Shown here: piece by piece, positions 26,151 through 35,446 of the stretch
Numbering within the stretch: position 1 is the stretch's first letter
Layout of the letters: each line of letters opens with the position of its first letter
NCBI GenBank assembly: GCA_016193315.1
Contig: JACPSJ010000006.1
Coordinates: 1-63,041, forward strand
Direction of reading: 5' to 3'
Source of the DNA: Candidatus Kerfeldbacteria bacterium
Lineage (GTDB): Bacteria > Patescibacteriota > Patescibacteriia > SBBC01 > CAIJZX01
Length of the DNA stretch: 63,041 nt
Position numbers and translations under genes: made by a program
Notes under the pieces: model-generated
The model's input: the letters and a program-made list of their open reading frames with translations, nothing else
Databases searched by the model: none
What the model was told of the DNA's origin: nothing

Positions 26151-28322
26151 ATGGCAGTTTGTGGATGGTTGCTGGCGTTTTCCGCGATGGCACTTGGTGG
26201 ACGAATCTTTACATCCTTGATCCCGGCGGCGACTCAGGCGGACACTCCGCCGGTCGTCATCAACGAATTGATGTGGATGGGATCGTCGGCCTCGTCGGCC
26301 GATGAGTGGATCGAATTGCGCAACCTGACCAGCCAGCCGGTTGATTTGGCGAATTGGAAGCTGACGAAGAAAAGCAGCGGGGTGGAGGCGGCGATGGTGA
26401 TTATCCCCGCCGGCGCAACGGTCGGCCCAAATGGATTTTTTCTGATCAGCAACTACGCGGAGACCAATACCAATTCAGTTTTGTCGGTCACGCCTGATTT
26501 GGTGACGACTGATGTGGCACTCGCGAATACCGCCCTGCAGATAAAACTGTATGACCAAAGCGGTACCGTCATAGATACAGCTGACGATGGATCGGGGAAT
26601 CCATTAGCCGGTAACTATGAGAGTAGCGGCACGGTTTTCGCCTCGATGGAACGCAACCTGGTGCCTGGTGACGGAACAATGGCTGGCAGTTGGCACACCG
26701 CTCGGATAAGTCTTGGTTTCAGGACTGGCCGGACCGAGCAGGGAACGCCGCGGGCGGCCAACTCGAACGCTTTGCCAGTGGCGGAAGCCGGAGCGGACCA
26801 GACTGGCGTCGTCGGCCAAGACTTGAACTTCGACGGCAGCGACTCGTTCGACCCCGACGGTCAAGCGCTGACATTTAACTGGGACTTCGGCGATGGCACA
26901 TCGAGCGGCAGTTCGACCCCGGCGCATGTCTGGGCGGCGGCCGGGGGCAACACCGTGACGTTGACCGTCAGCGACGGGGTGGACAGTGCGAGCGACACAG
27001 CGGCGGTGACGATTGCTCAACCCCCGGCCGCCGCCCCGTCACTATCGCCATCACCGCCGACGCCGGAGCCCTCTCTGCCGGAAGCTCCGCCTGCAAGCAA
27101 TCCGCCTCCAGCGACGCCAACCTCATGCCAAGGAGCGCGACTGAGCGAATTGCTGCCGAACCCGGTTGGGAGCGATGACGGAGAATTCATCGAGTTGGAA
27201 AACGCAACTGGCCAGGCGGTCGAGCTTGGGGGCTGCCAGGTGTGGGTCAATGACCGGCGCGTCTACACCTTTCCGGATGGCGAGCAGGTGACAGCGCCAG
27301 GGTTCTATCGGCTCGATAAATCGACCAGTCGGTTGACTTTAACGAACAGTGGAGCGGTAGTGCGTTTGGTTGACACCGATGGTCAGGAGCTTGACGAGAC
27401 GGAATACGGAAAGAGCGCCGAAGGATCGAGTTGGGCGAGGTTTGGTAACAGTTGGGGCTGGACTGACCAGGTCACCCCAGGGGCGACAAATCGCGAGCCG
27501 GTGGAGCCGGAAACTGCTGCGTCGGAGCAGGAACCGAGCGGTCAGACACCGTCCCAACAGAAATCCAAGGGTCAAGACAACTCGAGAGACCCAGAATCAA
27601 GATCAGCTCGGACGGTCACGCTCGGCGAGATTCAGGATGTTGAAATCGGGACTTTGATCTCCGTCCGGGGCACGGTCACGACCCCAGTTGGGGCACTCGG
27701 TGCGCGGGTGACCTATATCGAAGATGACAGCGGCGCGGTCAGCCTACTGTTATCCGCCGAAGGAATCCAGCCGGCTGTCGGCGACCTGGCAGAAGTCGAG
27801 GGCACAGTCCGCTCGTATCAAGGACGGAAGCGGGTGTCGGTGAAGAAAGACGACTTGAAAATCATTCGTTCGGGCGAAGTTGTCGACCCAAAGTCGATCA
27901 GCCTGGACGACCTGACGGTAGAGCTGGCCGATCAACTGGTCCAGATCCAGGGAGTAGTCAGCACCAGCCGGGCCAGCGCCGTCGAGATTGACGACGGCAG
28001 CGCCAGCGCCACGGTCTATCTGAAATCCTCGACCGGCATCGTTAAACCCAAGCTATCGGCTGGCGACACGCTTCGGGTGGTCGGGATTGTCAACGCTGTC
28101 ACTTCGGGGTTGCGGGTGTTGCCGCGAACGCAGGACGATCTGCGCATCGAACGCGTGCTCGGTGTCACCACCAGCCAGGCGGCGAAACCAACTCAGCTGC
28201 CGACGACCTCAGCGCGGCAAGCGTGGTGGTATTGGCTGATGGTCGGGCTGGGATTGGCGGCCGCCGCCGCCAAGCCGGCTTGGGAGGCGTGGAAGAGGCG
28301 GGGATTAAAGATCAAAGATTAA
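26151..28322 (+). CDS. Secreted, C-terminally membrane-anchored protein with two lamin-tail domains, a PKD domain and an OB-fold-like region
   Basis: Signal peptide; lamin-tail domain (LTD) signatures VVINELMW...DEWIELRN and LSELLPNPVGSDDGEFIELEN; PKD motif FDGSDSFDPDGQALTFNWDFGDG; C-terminal TM WWYWLMVGLGLAAAAA. Confidence 0.8.
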   Translation: MAVCGWLLAFSAMALGGRIFTSLIPAATQADTPPVVINELMWMGSSASSADEWIELRNLTSQPVDLANWKLTKKSSGVEAAMVIIPAGATVGPNGFFLISNYAETNTNSVLSVTPDLVTTDVALANTALQIKLYDQSGTVIDTADDGSGNPLAGNYESSGTVFASMERNLVPGDGTMAGSWHTARISLGFRTGRTEQGTPRAANSNALPVAEAGADQTGVVGQDLNFDGSDSFDPDGQALTFNWDFGDGTSSGSSTPAHVWAAAGGNTVTLTVSDGVDSASDTAAVTIAQPPAAAPSLSPSPPTPEPSLPEAPPASNPPPATPTSCQGARLSELLPNPVGSDDGEFIELENATGQAVELGGCQVWVNDRRVYTFPDGEQVTAPGFYRLDKSTSRLTLTNSGAVVRLVDTDGQELDETEYGKSAEGSSWARFGNSWGWTDQVTPGATNREPVEPETAASEQEPSGQTPSQQKSKGQDNSRDPESRSARTVTLGEIQDVEIGTLISVRGTVTTPVGALGARVTYIEDDSGAVSLLLSAEGIQPAVGDLAEVEGTVRSYQGRKRVSVKKDDLKIIRSGEVVDPKSISLDDLTVELADQLVQIQGVVSTSRASAVEIDDGSASATVYLKSSTGIVKPKLSAGDTLRVVGIVNAVTSGLRVLPRTQDDLRIERVLGVTTSQAAKPTQLPTTSARQAWWYWLMVGLGLAAAAAKPAWEAWKRRGLKIKD

Positions 28323-28347
28323 GGATTAAGGTTAAAGGATTACGGTT

Positions 28348-28892
28348 GTGAAAGTGGATGACTTGGAGGTTTATCAGAAGCTGGTTAGTCTAGAACTCAT
28401 TTCAAAACCTGCTTTCAGGGCGAAATGGCAGATTTCGCGGGCGCGGCGCCGCGGCGGAGGGTGAAATGTATTGGAGATACATTGAACCCGAGCCGCCAGC
28501 CGGAGCCCGAAATCGGGCCTGGCAGCCAAAATGAGGTTTTGCAATGAATTCTAGTACTTGAAATTCATGACCAGACCATGCGTTTCCCGAGGTTTGAGCT
28601 TTACGAACTTGGATCTCAACTAAGACGATCATCAAATTCTGCTCCCGCAAACCTGGCGGAGGGATTTGATAGCAAACATACAAACATCTACACAGAATGC
28701 ATCAGTCGGGCCCAGGGAGAAATTCGAGAAACAAAACATCATCTTCTGATCGCCCAACGAAAAAGATATTTGACCGACAATGAATTACGTCGACTCGTTA
28801 ACGAACTGGAAAGTTGCTCGAAAATGCTGTACGGACTTGAGCAAGCCTTGTATTCGAAGTTCAGAAGTTCCTCCCCACACTTATCTACCTAA
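28348..28892 (+). pseudogene. Four-helix-bundle protein gene ('23S rRNA intervening sequence protein' family) interrupted by a 156-bp insertion
   Basis: GTG at 28348 encodes VKVDDLEVYQKLVSL. The family sequence resumes at 28551 in another frame (LVLEIHDQTMRFPRFELYELGSQLRRSSNSAPANLAEGF...). Removing 161 bp restores one continuous ORF. The ORF track sees only 28578-28892. Confidence 0.75.
28394..28549. mobile_element. MITE-like hairpin element with about 16-bp terminal inverted repeats and a TCTAG (5-9 bp) target-site duplication
   Basis: Ends AACTCATTTCAAAACCT and AGGTTTTGCAATGAAT. Flanking TCTAGAACT (28389-28397) and TCTAGTACT (28550-28558). The interior folds into one long GC-rich hairpin centred on AATGTAT-TGGAG-ATACATT. 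Confidence 0.7.
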
Positions 28893-28917
28893 ACCCGAAA
28901 CCCTTAATCTTCACTAC

Positions 28918-28944
28918 AAAAAAAGACCGCTTTCCCAAGCAGTC
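28918..28944 (-). terminator. Rho-independent terminator (minus strand)
   Basis: On the minus strand: GACUGC-loop-GCGGUC stem (with one G-U pair) followed by a run of seven U, immediately after the stop of the 28945-29316 ORF. Confidence 0.55.
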
Positions 28945-29316
28945 TCACTGTGCCAGTCCTCGTTGGCAGGGAAGAGGCGAGAGTGATTGGCTTTTGTCGG
29001 CGAAGCGGAAGGCGTGGTAAGCGCCCCCGACACGACACTCCAGGAATACAGGCGACCAGATGTTAGCTTGCCACTGCAGGCCAACCCACCCCTCGAACTG
29101 CCGCTCTTCACCATCGGTAGTGGTCATAACGCCACCGAAACAAAGGCTGGCTTGTTGTGGGGTGCTCGTCTGGACCTGGAGTTCATAGCCGAGCGAGGCG
29201 GCTGTCGGTTCGGCCTGGAATAAACAATCGGCAATCGCTCGACGGACGGACTGTGGAAGCCTGCCCGGCGGTCGTTCTTGTTCCTGACGGCGAGAGCAAC
29301 GCTTGATAGCTCTCAT
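28945..29316 (-). CDS. Hypothetical protein (123 aa)
   Basis: GGGAGG lies 7 nt upstream of the ATG at 29316 and a terminator follows the stop. The composition is only moderately protein-like and an antisense ORF of similar quality exists. Confidence 0.35.
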   Translation of the reverse strand: MRAIKRCSRRQEQERPPGRLPQSVRRAIADCLFQAEPTAASLGYELQVQTSTPQQASLCFGGVMTTTDGEERQFEGWVGLQWQANIWSPVFLECRVGGAYHAFRFADKSQSLSPLPCQRGLAQ

Positions 29317-29580
29317 GCATTGGCCTCCCGGAAAGCCCCGAAGTGGAAAAAGGAACTGCGGTTGGTGTACCGCATTGGGGATCAGCAGTCAAGCCGTGAT
29401 ACAGTCACGTTACTACTGTCCATCACGCATCCATTACTTTGTCCACGTACCAACCTCGCATCGATTCGCTAGGCGGCTGATGCGGGGTAGTTTATGGTAC
29501 CACGGATTTATCCGTGGGCTCCATTTACAACGCACGGGTGGACGAAGGTCAAAAAAAACTCCGCCACGGCCTGCCTCGTG

Positions 29581-30207
29581 CTAACGGAGTGAACGCTTTC
29601 TTTGCGTCGTCATGTACGCGTCCGCGATGAAGCCGAGCGAAACGACTTGTTGCCAGAACATCAACCGTAAGTCTTCGACCCACATCAACCATCCGCAGCT
29701 GACGTGCATGAGCACGAACCACAGGTATCCCGTCTTGTGCTCCTTGGCCAGCTGGTACGTACCGATGAGAAATCCGGTCACCAGACCAACTTCCAGCCAC
29801 TGAGTCAGCAGCGTCAGCCCGCCAAATTCTCGGATGCTGATCGTGAACCCGAGAACGATGAAAATCAGGGCCAGGACGTCGAGCCAACGCGGCGCTCTCT
29901 TGATCTCCCCAGTGCGCAGTGCCGTAACTAGTCCGAGGATCATCGATGGAGCCCCGCTCGCTTCAACCGAAGCCGCGATCCAGTTTCGCTTCAGGATGAA
30001 CATAGCCACGATCGGCCCCAGACCGGCTAGGTAGACGATCCATGAAGCCACGCGCCATCGACGGGCTTTGGTCTGACGTCCACGGTGCCTTATCCGTTCC
30101 GAGACTGATAAAAAGATCTTGTTGAGGAGGTACAACCCTCCTCCCAGCAATTGCAGAAGCTGAAGCAAGGTTTGACCTCCTTTTCCAGAACGGAAACGCC
30201 GATTCAT
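29581..30207 (-). CDS. Multi-pass membrane protein (possibly PnuC-like transporter; weak call)
   Basis: About 6 predicted TM helices and a Trp-rich C-terminal segment. I moved the start to Met-81 (30207), because the ORF track start at 30447 would overlap the polA start region. Confidence 0.55.
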   Translation of the reverse strand: MNRRFRSGKGGQTLLQLLQLLGGGLYLLNKIFLSVSERIRHRGRQTKARRWRVASWIVYLAGLGPIVAMFILKRNWIAASVEASGAPSMILGLVTALRTGEIKRAPRWLDVLALIFIVLGFTISIREFGGLTLLTQWLEVGLVTGFLIGTYQLAKEHKTGYLWFVLMHVSCGWLMWVEDLRLMFWQQVVSLGFIADAYMTTQRKRSLR

Positions 30208-30343
30208 CACCGGCCGCCGTCTCGGCAGCGACGCAACGAGAATCCTTCTCTTCACATCGCTACCGGGAGGGCCATTGAAAAGAACGGCTGGCCAAGGCTT
30301 ACACCATTTCTTGAACCCTGTCAAGGCATGATACACTGCGGGC

Positions 30344-33067
30344 ATGCCGGCCAAACAGAAACTCCTTATCATCGACGGTAACGCTTTAATCCATCGCAGT
30401 TTCCACGCCCTGCCGCCGTTGACGACGAAAGACGGCGAAATAGTCAACGCGGTCTACGGTTTTGCCTTGTCGCTCTTGAAAGCCTGGAAAGATGTCCAGC
30501 CGACGCACATCGCCGCTTGTTTTGATTTGGAAGGCCCGACGTTCCGCGATGAGCTGTACAAAGAGTACAAAGCTATGAGAGTGAAGGCGCCGCAAGAACT
30601 GTATGACCAAATACCGAGAGTCAAGCAGTTAGTCAAGAGTTTCAACATCCCGATCTACGAAAAACAAGGTTACGAGGCGGATGACATCCTCGGGACGATC
30701 ACCGGGCACGAGCCGGGGGTGGAAAAAATTATTCTGACCGGTGACAATGACACACTCCAGCTGGTCGACGGCAAGACCAAAGTTTTTACCATGCGCAAAG
30801 GTTTGACTGACACCGCGCTGTACGACGTGCGGGCGGTGAAAGAACGATTCGGCTTGGGGCCGGAACAGATCGTTGATTTCAAAGCCCTGCGAGGCGACGC
30901 CTCGGACAATATTCCCGGCGTCAAAGGGATCGGTGAAAAGACGGCCACCGATTTGTTGCACCAGTTCGCCAGTGTTGACGCGCTGTATCGGGCCTTAGCC
31001 GACGAGACGCCAGAGGCCAAAACATTGAAAGAATCGGTTCGTGACAAGCTGGTGAAGTTTAAATCGGACGCCTTTCTGTCAAAGAAGCTGGCCACCATCG
31101 ACCGGAAAGTGCCGATCGCGTTTCATCTCGATGAGGCGGCGGTCAAACACTATGACCGGGCAAAAGTAGTATCGATGATTCAAGATTTGGGATTTAGGTC
31201 ATTGTTGACGAAGCTGCCAGACGTTGACACCAAGATTGGCAAGCAAGCGGCCATGCGTTTTGATCTGTCCGCACCGGCTCCTAAGAAAAAAGGACATGAT
31301 TACACGTTGGTGGACAATGACACCACTTGGAAGCAGTTTTTTTCCGAACTTAAGCGGCAACCGCGTTTTGCCGTTGACACGGAAACGACCGATCTTAATC
31401 CGTGGAACGCGAAGTTGCTCGGTTGGAGTTTTTCTTGGAAAGCGGGAACTGGTTGGTTCGTGATGGCGAACAATGAGCGGCTGGAATCGCTGCGGTCGAT
31501 TTTGGAACATCCGAAGGTGGAGAAAATCGGACACAACATGAAATTCGATGCGGAAATCTTGAAGTTGAATGGTGTGGACATAACGCCGCTGTCGTTCGAC
31601 ACGATGTTGGCCTCGTACTTGTTGAACCCGGGCACTCGGCAACATTCGCTAGATTCGCTAGCTTTCGCGGAATTCGGATATGAAATGATGCCAATTCAGG
31701 CGCTGATCGGCCCAAAAGGCAAGAACCAGCTGGCCATGGAAGATGTGCCAGTCGAGAAACTTTCGTGGTATTCCTGTGAAGACGCAGATTTCACTTGGCG
31801 CCTTTACGAACGCCTGAAACCGAAGCTAGAGAAAGCCGATATCAGCGGCTTATTCGCCGATCTAGAAATGCCGGTGATCGAGGTGCTGGTGGACATGGAG
31901 CTAACGGGCGTCAAGATCGACACCGAGTTTTTGGCTGAGATGGGCAAAACCATGCGGGCGAACCTGAAAAAAATCGAACAGAAAATCTACGCCATGGCCG
32001 ACGGTGAGTTTAACATCAATTCGCCGATTCAGTTAAAAGAGGTGCTGTTCGAGAAGTTGAAAATCTCCACGCACGGCGTCGGCCGTACGAAAACCGGTTT
32101 CTCGACGGCGGCTGATGAGCTAGAGAAAATGAAAGACGCCCATCCGATTATTCCGCTCATCGGTCAACAACGTGAATTATCGAAGTTACTGTCAACATAC
32201 ATTGAAGCATTACCGGAAATGGTCAATGGAAAAACCGGCCGGATTCACACCGACTACAACCAAGCGGTCGCTGCCACCGGCCGGTTGTCGTCGAACAATC
32301 CGAACCTGCAAAATATTCCCATCCGTACTGATCTCGGCGCGGAAATTCGCAAAGCGTTCGTGGCCGACCGCGGCAAGCGCCTGCTGTCAGCCGATTACTC
32401 GCAAATTGAGTTGCGCATCATCGCTTCGATGGCCAAAGACGAAGCCATGATCGCCTCTTTTCGTAAAGGCGAAGATATTCATTCTCGGACGGCGGCCAAC
32501 ATCAACGGTGTGGCCCTCGACAAAGTCACTCACGCCATGCGCCGGGCGGCCAAAGCAGTGAACTTTGGGATTATCTATGGTCTGGGGTATGTCGGCTTGG
32601 CCCAGGGTGAAGGGATTTCCCGCGAGCAGGCCAAGGAATTCATCGAAAAATATTTCCAGATTCACAAAAACATCAAAGCCTGGATCGACAATACGAAGAA
32701 ACTGGCCCATGAAAAAGGCTTTGTCGAAACGCTGTTTGGTCGGCGACGCTATTTTCCGGAAATCAATTCTTCCAACCAACTGCTCGTCTCGAGCGCCGAA
32801 CGACAGGCGATCAACGCCCCGATCCAAGGCACGGCCGCCGACTTGATGAAGTTGGCGATGATCGAAGTCCATGCCGGATTGCCGAAAATCAGTAAAGAAG
32901 CAAAGTTATTGTTACAAGTGCACGATGAACTGGTGGTCGAAGCGCCGATGGACGAGGTTGAGAAAGTGTCGAAGTTTCTTAAGAACACCATGGAAAGGGT
33001 GTATACTTTGAACGTGCCGATTGCGGTGGAAGTCGGCGTCGGCAAGAACTGGGGCGAAGCAAAATGA
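30344..33067 (+). CDS. polA: DNA polymerase I (5'-3' exonuclease, 3'-5' exonuclease and polymerase domains)
   Basis: 907 aa. LLIIDGNALIHRSFHA (5' nuclease), FAVDTETT (Exo I), DYSQIELR (motif A), RRAAKAVNFGIIYG (motif B) and QVHDELV (motif C). Confidence 0.95.
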   Translation: MPAKQKLLIIDGNALIHRSFHALPPLTTKDGEIVNAVYGFALSLLKAWKDVQPTHIAACFDLEGPTFRDELYKEYKAMRVKAPQELYDQIPRVKQLVKSFNIPIYEKQGYEADDILGTITGHEPGVEKIILTGDNDTLQLVDGKTKVFTMRKGLTDTALYDVRAVKERFGLGPEQIVDFKALRGDASDNIPGVKGIGEKTATDLLHQFASVDALYRALADETPEAKTLKESVRDKLVKFKSDAFLSKKLATIDRKVPIAFHLDEAAVKHYDRAKVVSMIQDLGFRSLLTKLPDVDTKIGKQAAMRFDLSAPAPKKKGHDYTLVDNDTTWKQFFSELKRQPRFAVDTETTDLNPWNAKLLGWSFSWKAGTGWFVMANNERLESLRSILEHPKVEKIGHNMKFDAEILKLNGVDITPLSFDTMLASYLLNPGTRQHSLDSLAFAEFGYEMMPIQALIGPKGKNQLAMEDVPVEKLSWYSCEDADFTWRLYERLKPKLEKADISGLFADLEMPVIEVLVDMELTGVKIDTEFLAEMGKTMRANLKKIEQKIYAMADGEFNINSPIQLKEVLFEKLKISTHGVGRTKTGFSTAADELEKMKDAHPIIPLIGQQRELSKLLSTYIEALPEMVNGKTGRIHTDYNQAVAATGRLSSNNPNLQNIPIRTDLGAEIRKAFVADRGKRLLSADYSQIELRIIASMAKDEAMIASFRKGEDIHSRTAANINGVALDKVTHAMRRAAKAVNFGIIYGLGYVGLAQGEGISREQAKEFIEKYFQIHKNIKAWIDNTKKLAHEKGFVETLFGRRRYFPEINSSNQLLVSSAERQAINAPIQGTAADLMKLAMIEVHAGLPKISKEAKLLLQVHDELVVEAPMDEVEKVSKFLKNTMERVYTLNVPIAVEVGVGKNWGEAK

Positions 33068-33507
33068 GCAGCCCTAAACTTTTCGTAGCCATGAAAGCCT
33101 TCATTGTGCACGATGAGAAAGTTTTGATCATCCGCGAAGCTGCGGCCAATCCGGTCGGGACAAATATGAATAAATACGACGTGGTTGGCGGGCGGGTTGA
33201 GCCTGGTGAACGATGGGACGAAACGCTGTTGCGGGAAGTACAAGAAGAGACTGGACTTCACGTTACTATCGGCCGCCCGTTCTACGTCGGCGAATGGCGG
33301 CCGGTCGTCCACGGCGAGCCGTGGCAGATCATTGCGACGTTCTTTTTGGTTCAGGCCGCATCAGACAAAGTGACCTTGAGCCGCGATCATGACGACTATC
33401 AATGGATCGACCCAAAAAAGTTTCGCGACTATCCGCTGATTGAAAACCTTAAGCCGGCTTTCGAGGCCTATAACCAGATAGGAACAGAAGGCCGTGGCGG
33501 CGGGTGA
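33064..33507 (+). CDS. NUDIX hydrolase
   Basis: Nudix box GGRVEPGERWDETLLREVQEETGL. The start overlaps the polA stop in an ATGA overlap. Confidence 0.85.
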   Translation: MSSPKLFVAMKAFIVHDEKVLIIREAAANPVGTNMNKYDVVGGRVEPGERWDETLLREVQEETGLHVTIGRPFYVGEWRPVVHGEPWQIIATFFLVQAASDKVTLSRDHDDYQWIDPKKFRDYPLIENLKPAFEAYNQIGTEGRGGG

Positions 33508-33690
33508 TGCTTTTCGTAGCCTGCCCACTGATGGGTGGATGCCGATGAATCGGCAGGCTACGTTGCGGGCGGAATTCGTCATCCAAACACCAGCCGCCGC
33601 GGGCAGGGGTTGACAAAACTCCGATTTTGATCTAACGTCAGCCGGTTCACGCTTCACCGTCAACCGAGAGCTGCATTTTCTGGAGGGGAA

Positions 33691-34086
33691 ATGCCCAGGA
33701 TCGATCTGTACCGCAAACCGCAGTTCATTTCCGACAGCGTGGTCAGGGTGATCACCGCCTCACTCCGAGAGGCGGTGGCGCGTCTGCTGAGCGATGGCAC
33801 GCTCGAAAACCAGCTGACGCCGGAGCAAGTGGAAGTGCGTGTCTCGGACGGACACCTGCTCGACGACAACACCTGCGACGTCGCGATCGACATCTCGGCC
33901 AAGACCTCGGATGGTCGCAAGGGGACGTGTCGCCGGATCGTGATCGAGCTGGCCGAGCTCATGCGCAAGATCGTTCCGCCGATGGTCGGTGACCCGCCAC
34001 GCGTGATCGACACGTGGATCGAGCTCGATCTCGGGGACAAGACCGGACGGAAGATTTGGTCCAAGGAGGACCTGCCGGCGAGCTGA
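33691..34086 (+). CDS. Hypothetical protein (131 aa)
   Basis: GGAGGGG SD 2-3 nt before the ATG. The third codon position is strongly biased to G/C in this frame only, and the overlapping antisense ORFs are Arg/Pro-rich. A TTGACA-N17-TAACGT promoter lies at about 33610. Confidence 0.55.
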   Translation: MPRIDLYRKPQFISDSVVRVITASLREAVARLLSDGTLENQLTPEQVEVRVSDGHLLDDNTCDVAIDISAKTSDGRKGTCRRIVIELAELMRKIVPPMVGDPPRVIDTWIELDLGDKTGRKIWSKEDLPAS

Positions 34087-34391
34087 GCCAACATGTTTCA
34101 ACCGTGCCCGTCGCGCTTCCGCCCTTCTGGCGATGGCGCGGCGGGATTTTTTGATAGTTCTCGGTCAGAAGTTGGCTAACCTTAGCCCCAAGTAACCCCC
34201 GGGAAGGTCCTTGGGCGTCTGACCCTTGACGCATTTTCAAGGGCATGATAGTCTGTTTCGGCTGCCTGCAAACCTTGCGAGCAGCGTTTACCCTCCCTGA
34301 CGGGACCAATCAAACGCCAGAGCGGCTGCTTTAGTCGCTGGCTAGGTCTCTGAAGGGGCGTTCTTTCACCCTCCACAAGGAGGCTGTACCA

Positions 34392-34661
34392 ATGGTTCAG
34401 TCCAAGGCTGTCAGCCGCGTCAACCCGGCCACGACGATCCAGTACCAGGACGTCGGCACCCCCGGCGCGTACGTCTCGAAGAGCGGCCTGCTCTTCCGGA
34501 TTCCCGAGGAGGCGCTGAAGCAGGGCCACAGTCCGGTCCTCAACTTCGTCTCGTCCAACCCGGACGACACGACGCTGGTGCTGATCGAAGGCAACCCGAA
34601 CGTGGCCATCGGGAAGGCGCGTCAGCTGGCGGCCAACGCCGACATCGAGCCCAGGTTCTAG
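34392..34661 (+). CDS. Hypothetical protein (89 aa)
   Basis: AAGGAGG SD 7 nt upstream, with normal composition. Confidence 0.55.
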   Translation: MVQSKAVSRVNPATTIQYQDVGTPGAYVSKSGLLFRIPEEALKQGHSPVLNFVSSNPDDTTLVLIEGNPNVAIGKARQLAANADIEPRF

Positions 34662-34792
34662 GTCGCCGAGCCGCACCCCGGGCGGACCGAATCGGTTCCG
34701 CCCACCCCCAATGCTCAAGCCTCTTGCGCTGCAGCGGGGGTTTTCTTTTTTTCGGCTGTGATTTGTTTGCGACATCCGCTAGAATGGGAACG

Positions 34793-35380
34793 ATGAGGAT
34801 ATGCTACGCTACCACCAACCAAGCTAAGGTTCAATCGCTGCAGGCCGCCTTGAGTCCGGCGGGGTTTGAAGTGATTCAAAAGCCACTCTCTATTCCTGAG
34901 CCCCGACTCGACCGGGTGGAAGACATCGCGAGATTCAAAGCGATGTTTGCTTTCCAAGAAGCGAAAGCGCCGGTCGTGGCCCTCGATGCCGGATTCTTCA
35001 TTCGCCACTTGAACGGTTTTCCGCGGTCGTTCGTGAACTTTGCTCTTGATACGGTCAAGGTTGACGGGTTGCTGAAACTCGTCAGCGGCTCTGACCGCCG
35101 CGCTGAATTCCGACACTCGTTGGCTTATCACGACGGTCAGGCCGATACGCCGGTGGTCTTTACCGACATCGTGCGCGGAACCATCGCCCCGGCCATGCGA
35201 GGAAAGTTGAAGCCGTATCACTGGTCGGTGCTGTCGGCGATTTTCATCCCGGCCGGGGAAACCAAGACGCTGGCTGAGATGGGCGAAACTGAATATCATG
35301 ACTGGCATGAGCGGCGGATTGGCGGGTCGAGTTACGCCCAGCAATTTATTCTATGGCACCGCCAGCACCGCCGCAACTAG
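34793..35380 (+). CDS. HAM1/RdgB-like non-canonical purine NTP pyrophosphatase
   Basis: MRICYATTNQAKVQS start (ATxNxxK motif) and an overall ITPase-like pattern. The ORF track start at 34724 adds a non-conserved extension. Confidence 0.6.
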   Translation: MRICYATTNQAKVQSLQAALSPAGFEVIQKPLSIPEPRLDRVEDIARFKAMFAFQEAKAPVVALDAGFFIRHLNGFPRSFVNFALDTVKVDGLLKLVSGSDRRAEFRHSLAYHDGQADTPVVFTDIVRGTIAPAMRGKLKPYHWSVLSAIFIPAGETKTLAEMGETEYHDWHERRIGGSSYAQQFILWHRQHRRN

Positions 35381-35446
35381 CCGTGTACTACAGCTGCCCC
35401 CGTTTTTCTTGGTGCCCGCGCTTCGACATGGTATGATTTTTCAATC

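Noticed and set aside
28945-29580. About 650-nt gap tested as RNase P RNA, tmRNA, SRP RNA or 6S RNA, because it is bounded by a minus-strand terminator.
   Set aside because: There is no GGAAAGTCCGGGC or ACAGAANCCGGCTTA (RNase P), no tRNA-like CCA end with a tag ORF (tmRNA), and no GGAAGCAGCC helix-8 motif (SRP). An SD-preceded 123-aa ORF fits the terminator, so I report it as a low-confidence CDS instead.
29581-30447. Full 288-aa version of the membrane-protein ORF, and similarly the 244-aa version of 61323-62057 and the 362-aa version of 9921-11009.
   Set aside because: The N-terminal extensions overlap neighbouring genes or promoters and are not protein-like. Internal Met codons give products that start where family conservation begins.
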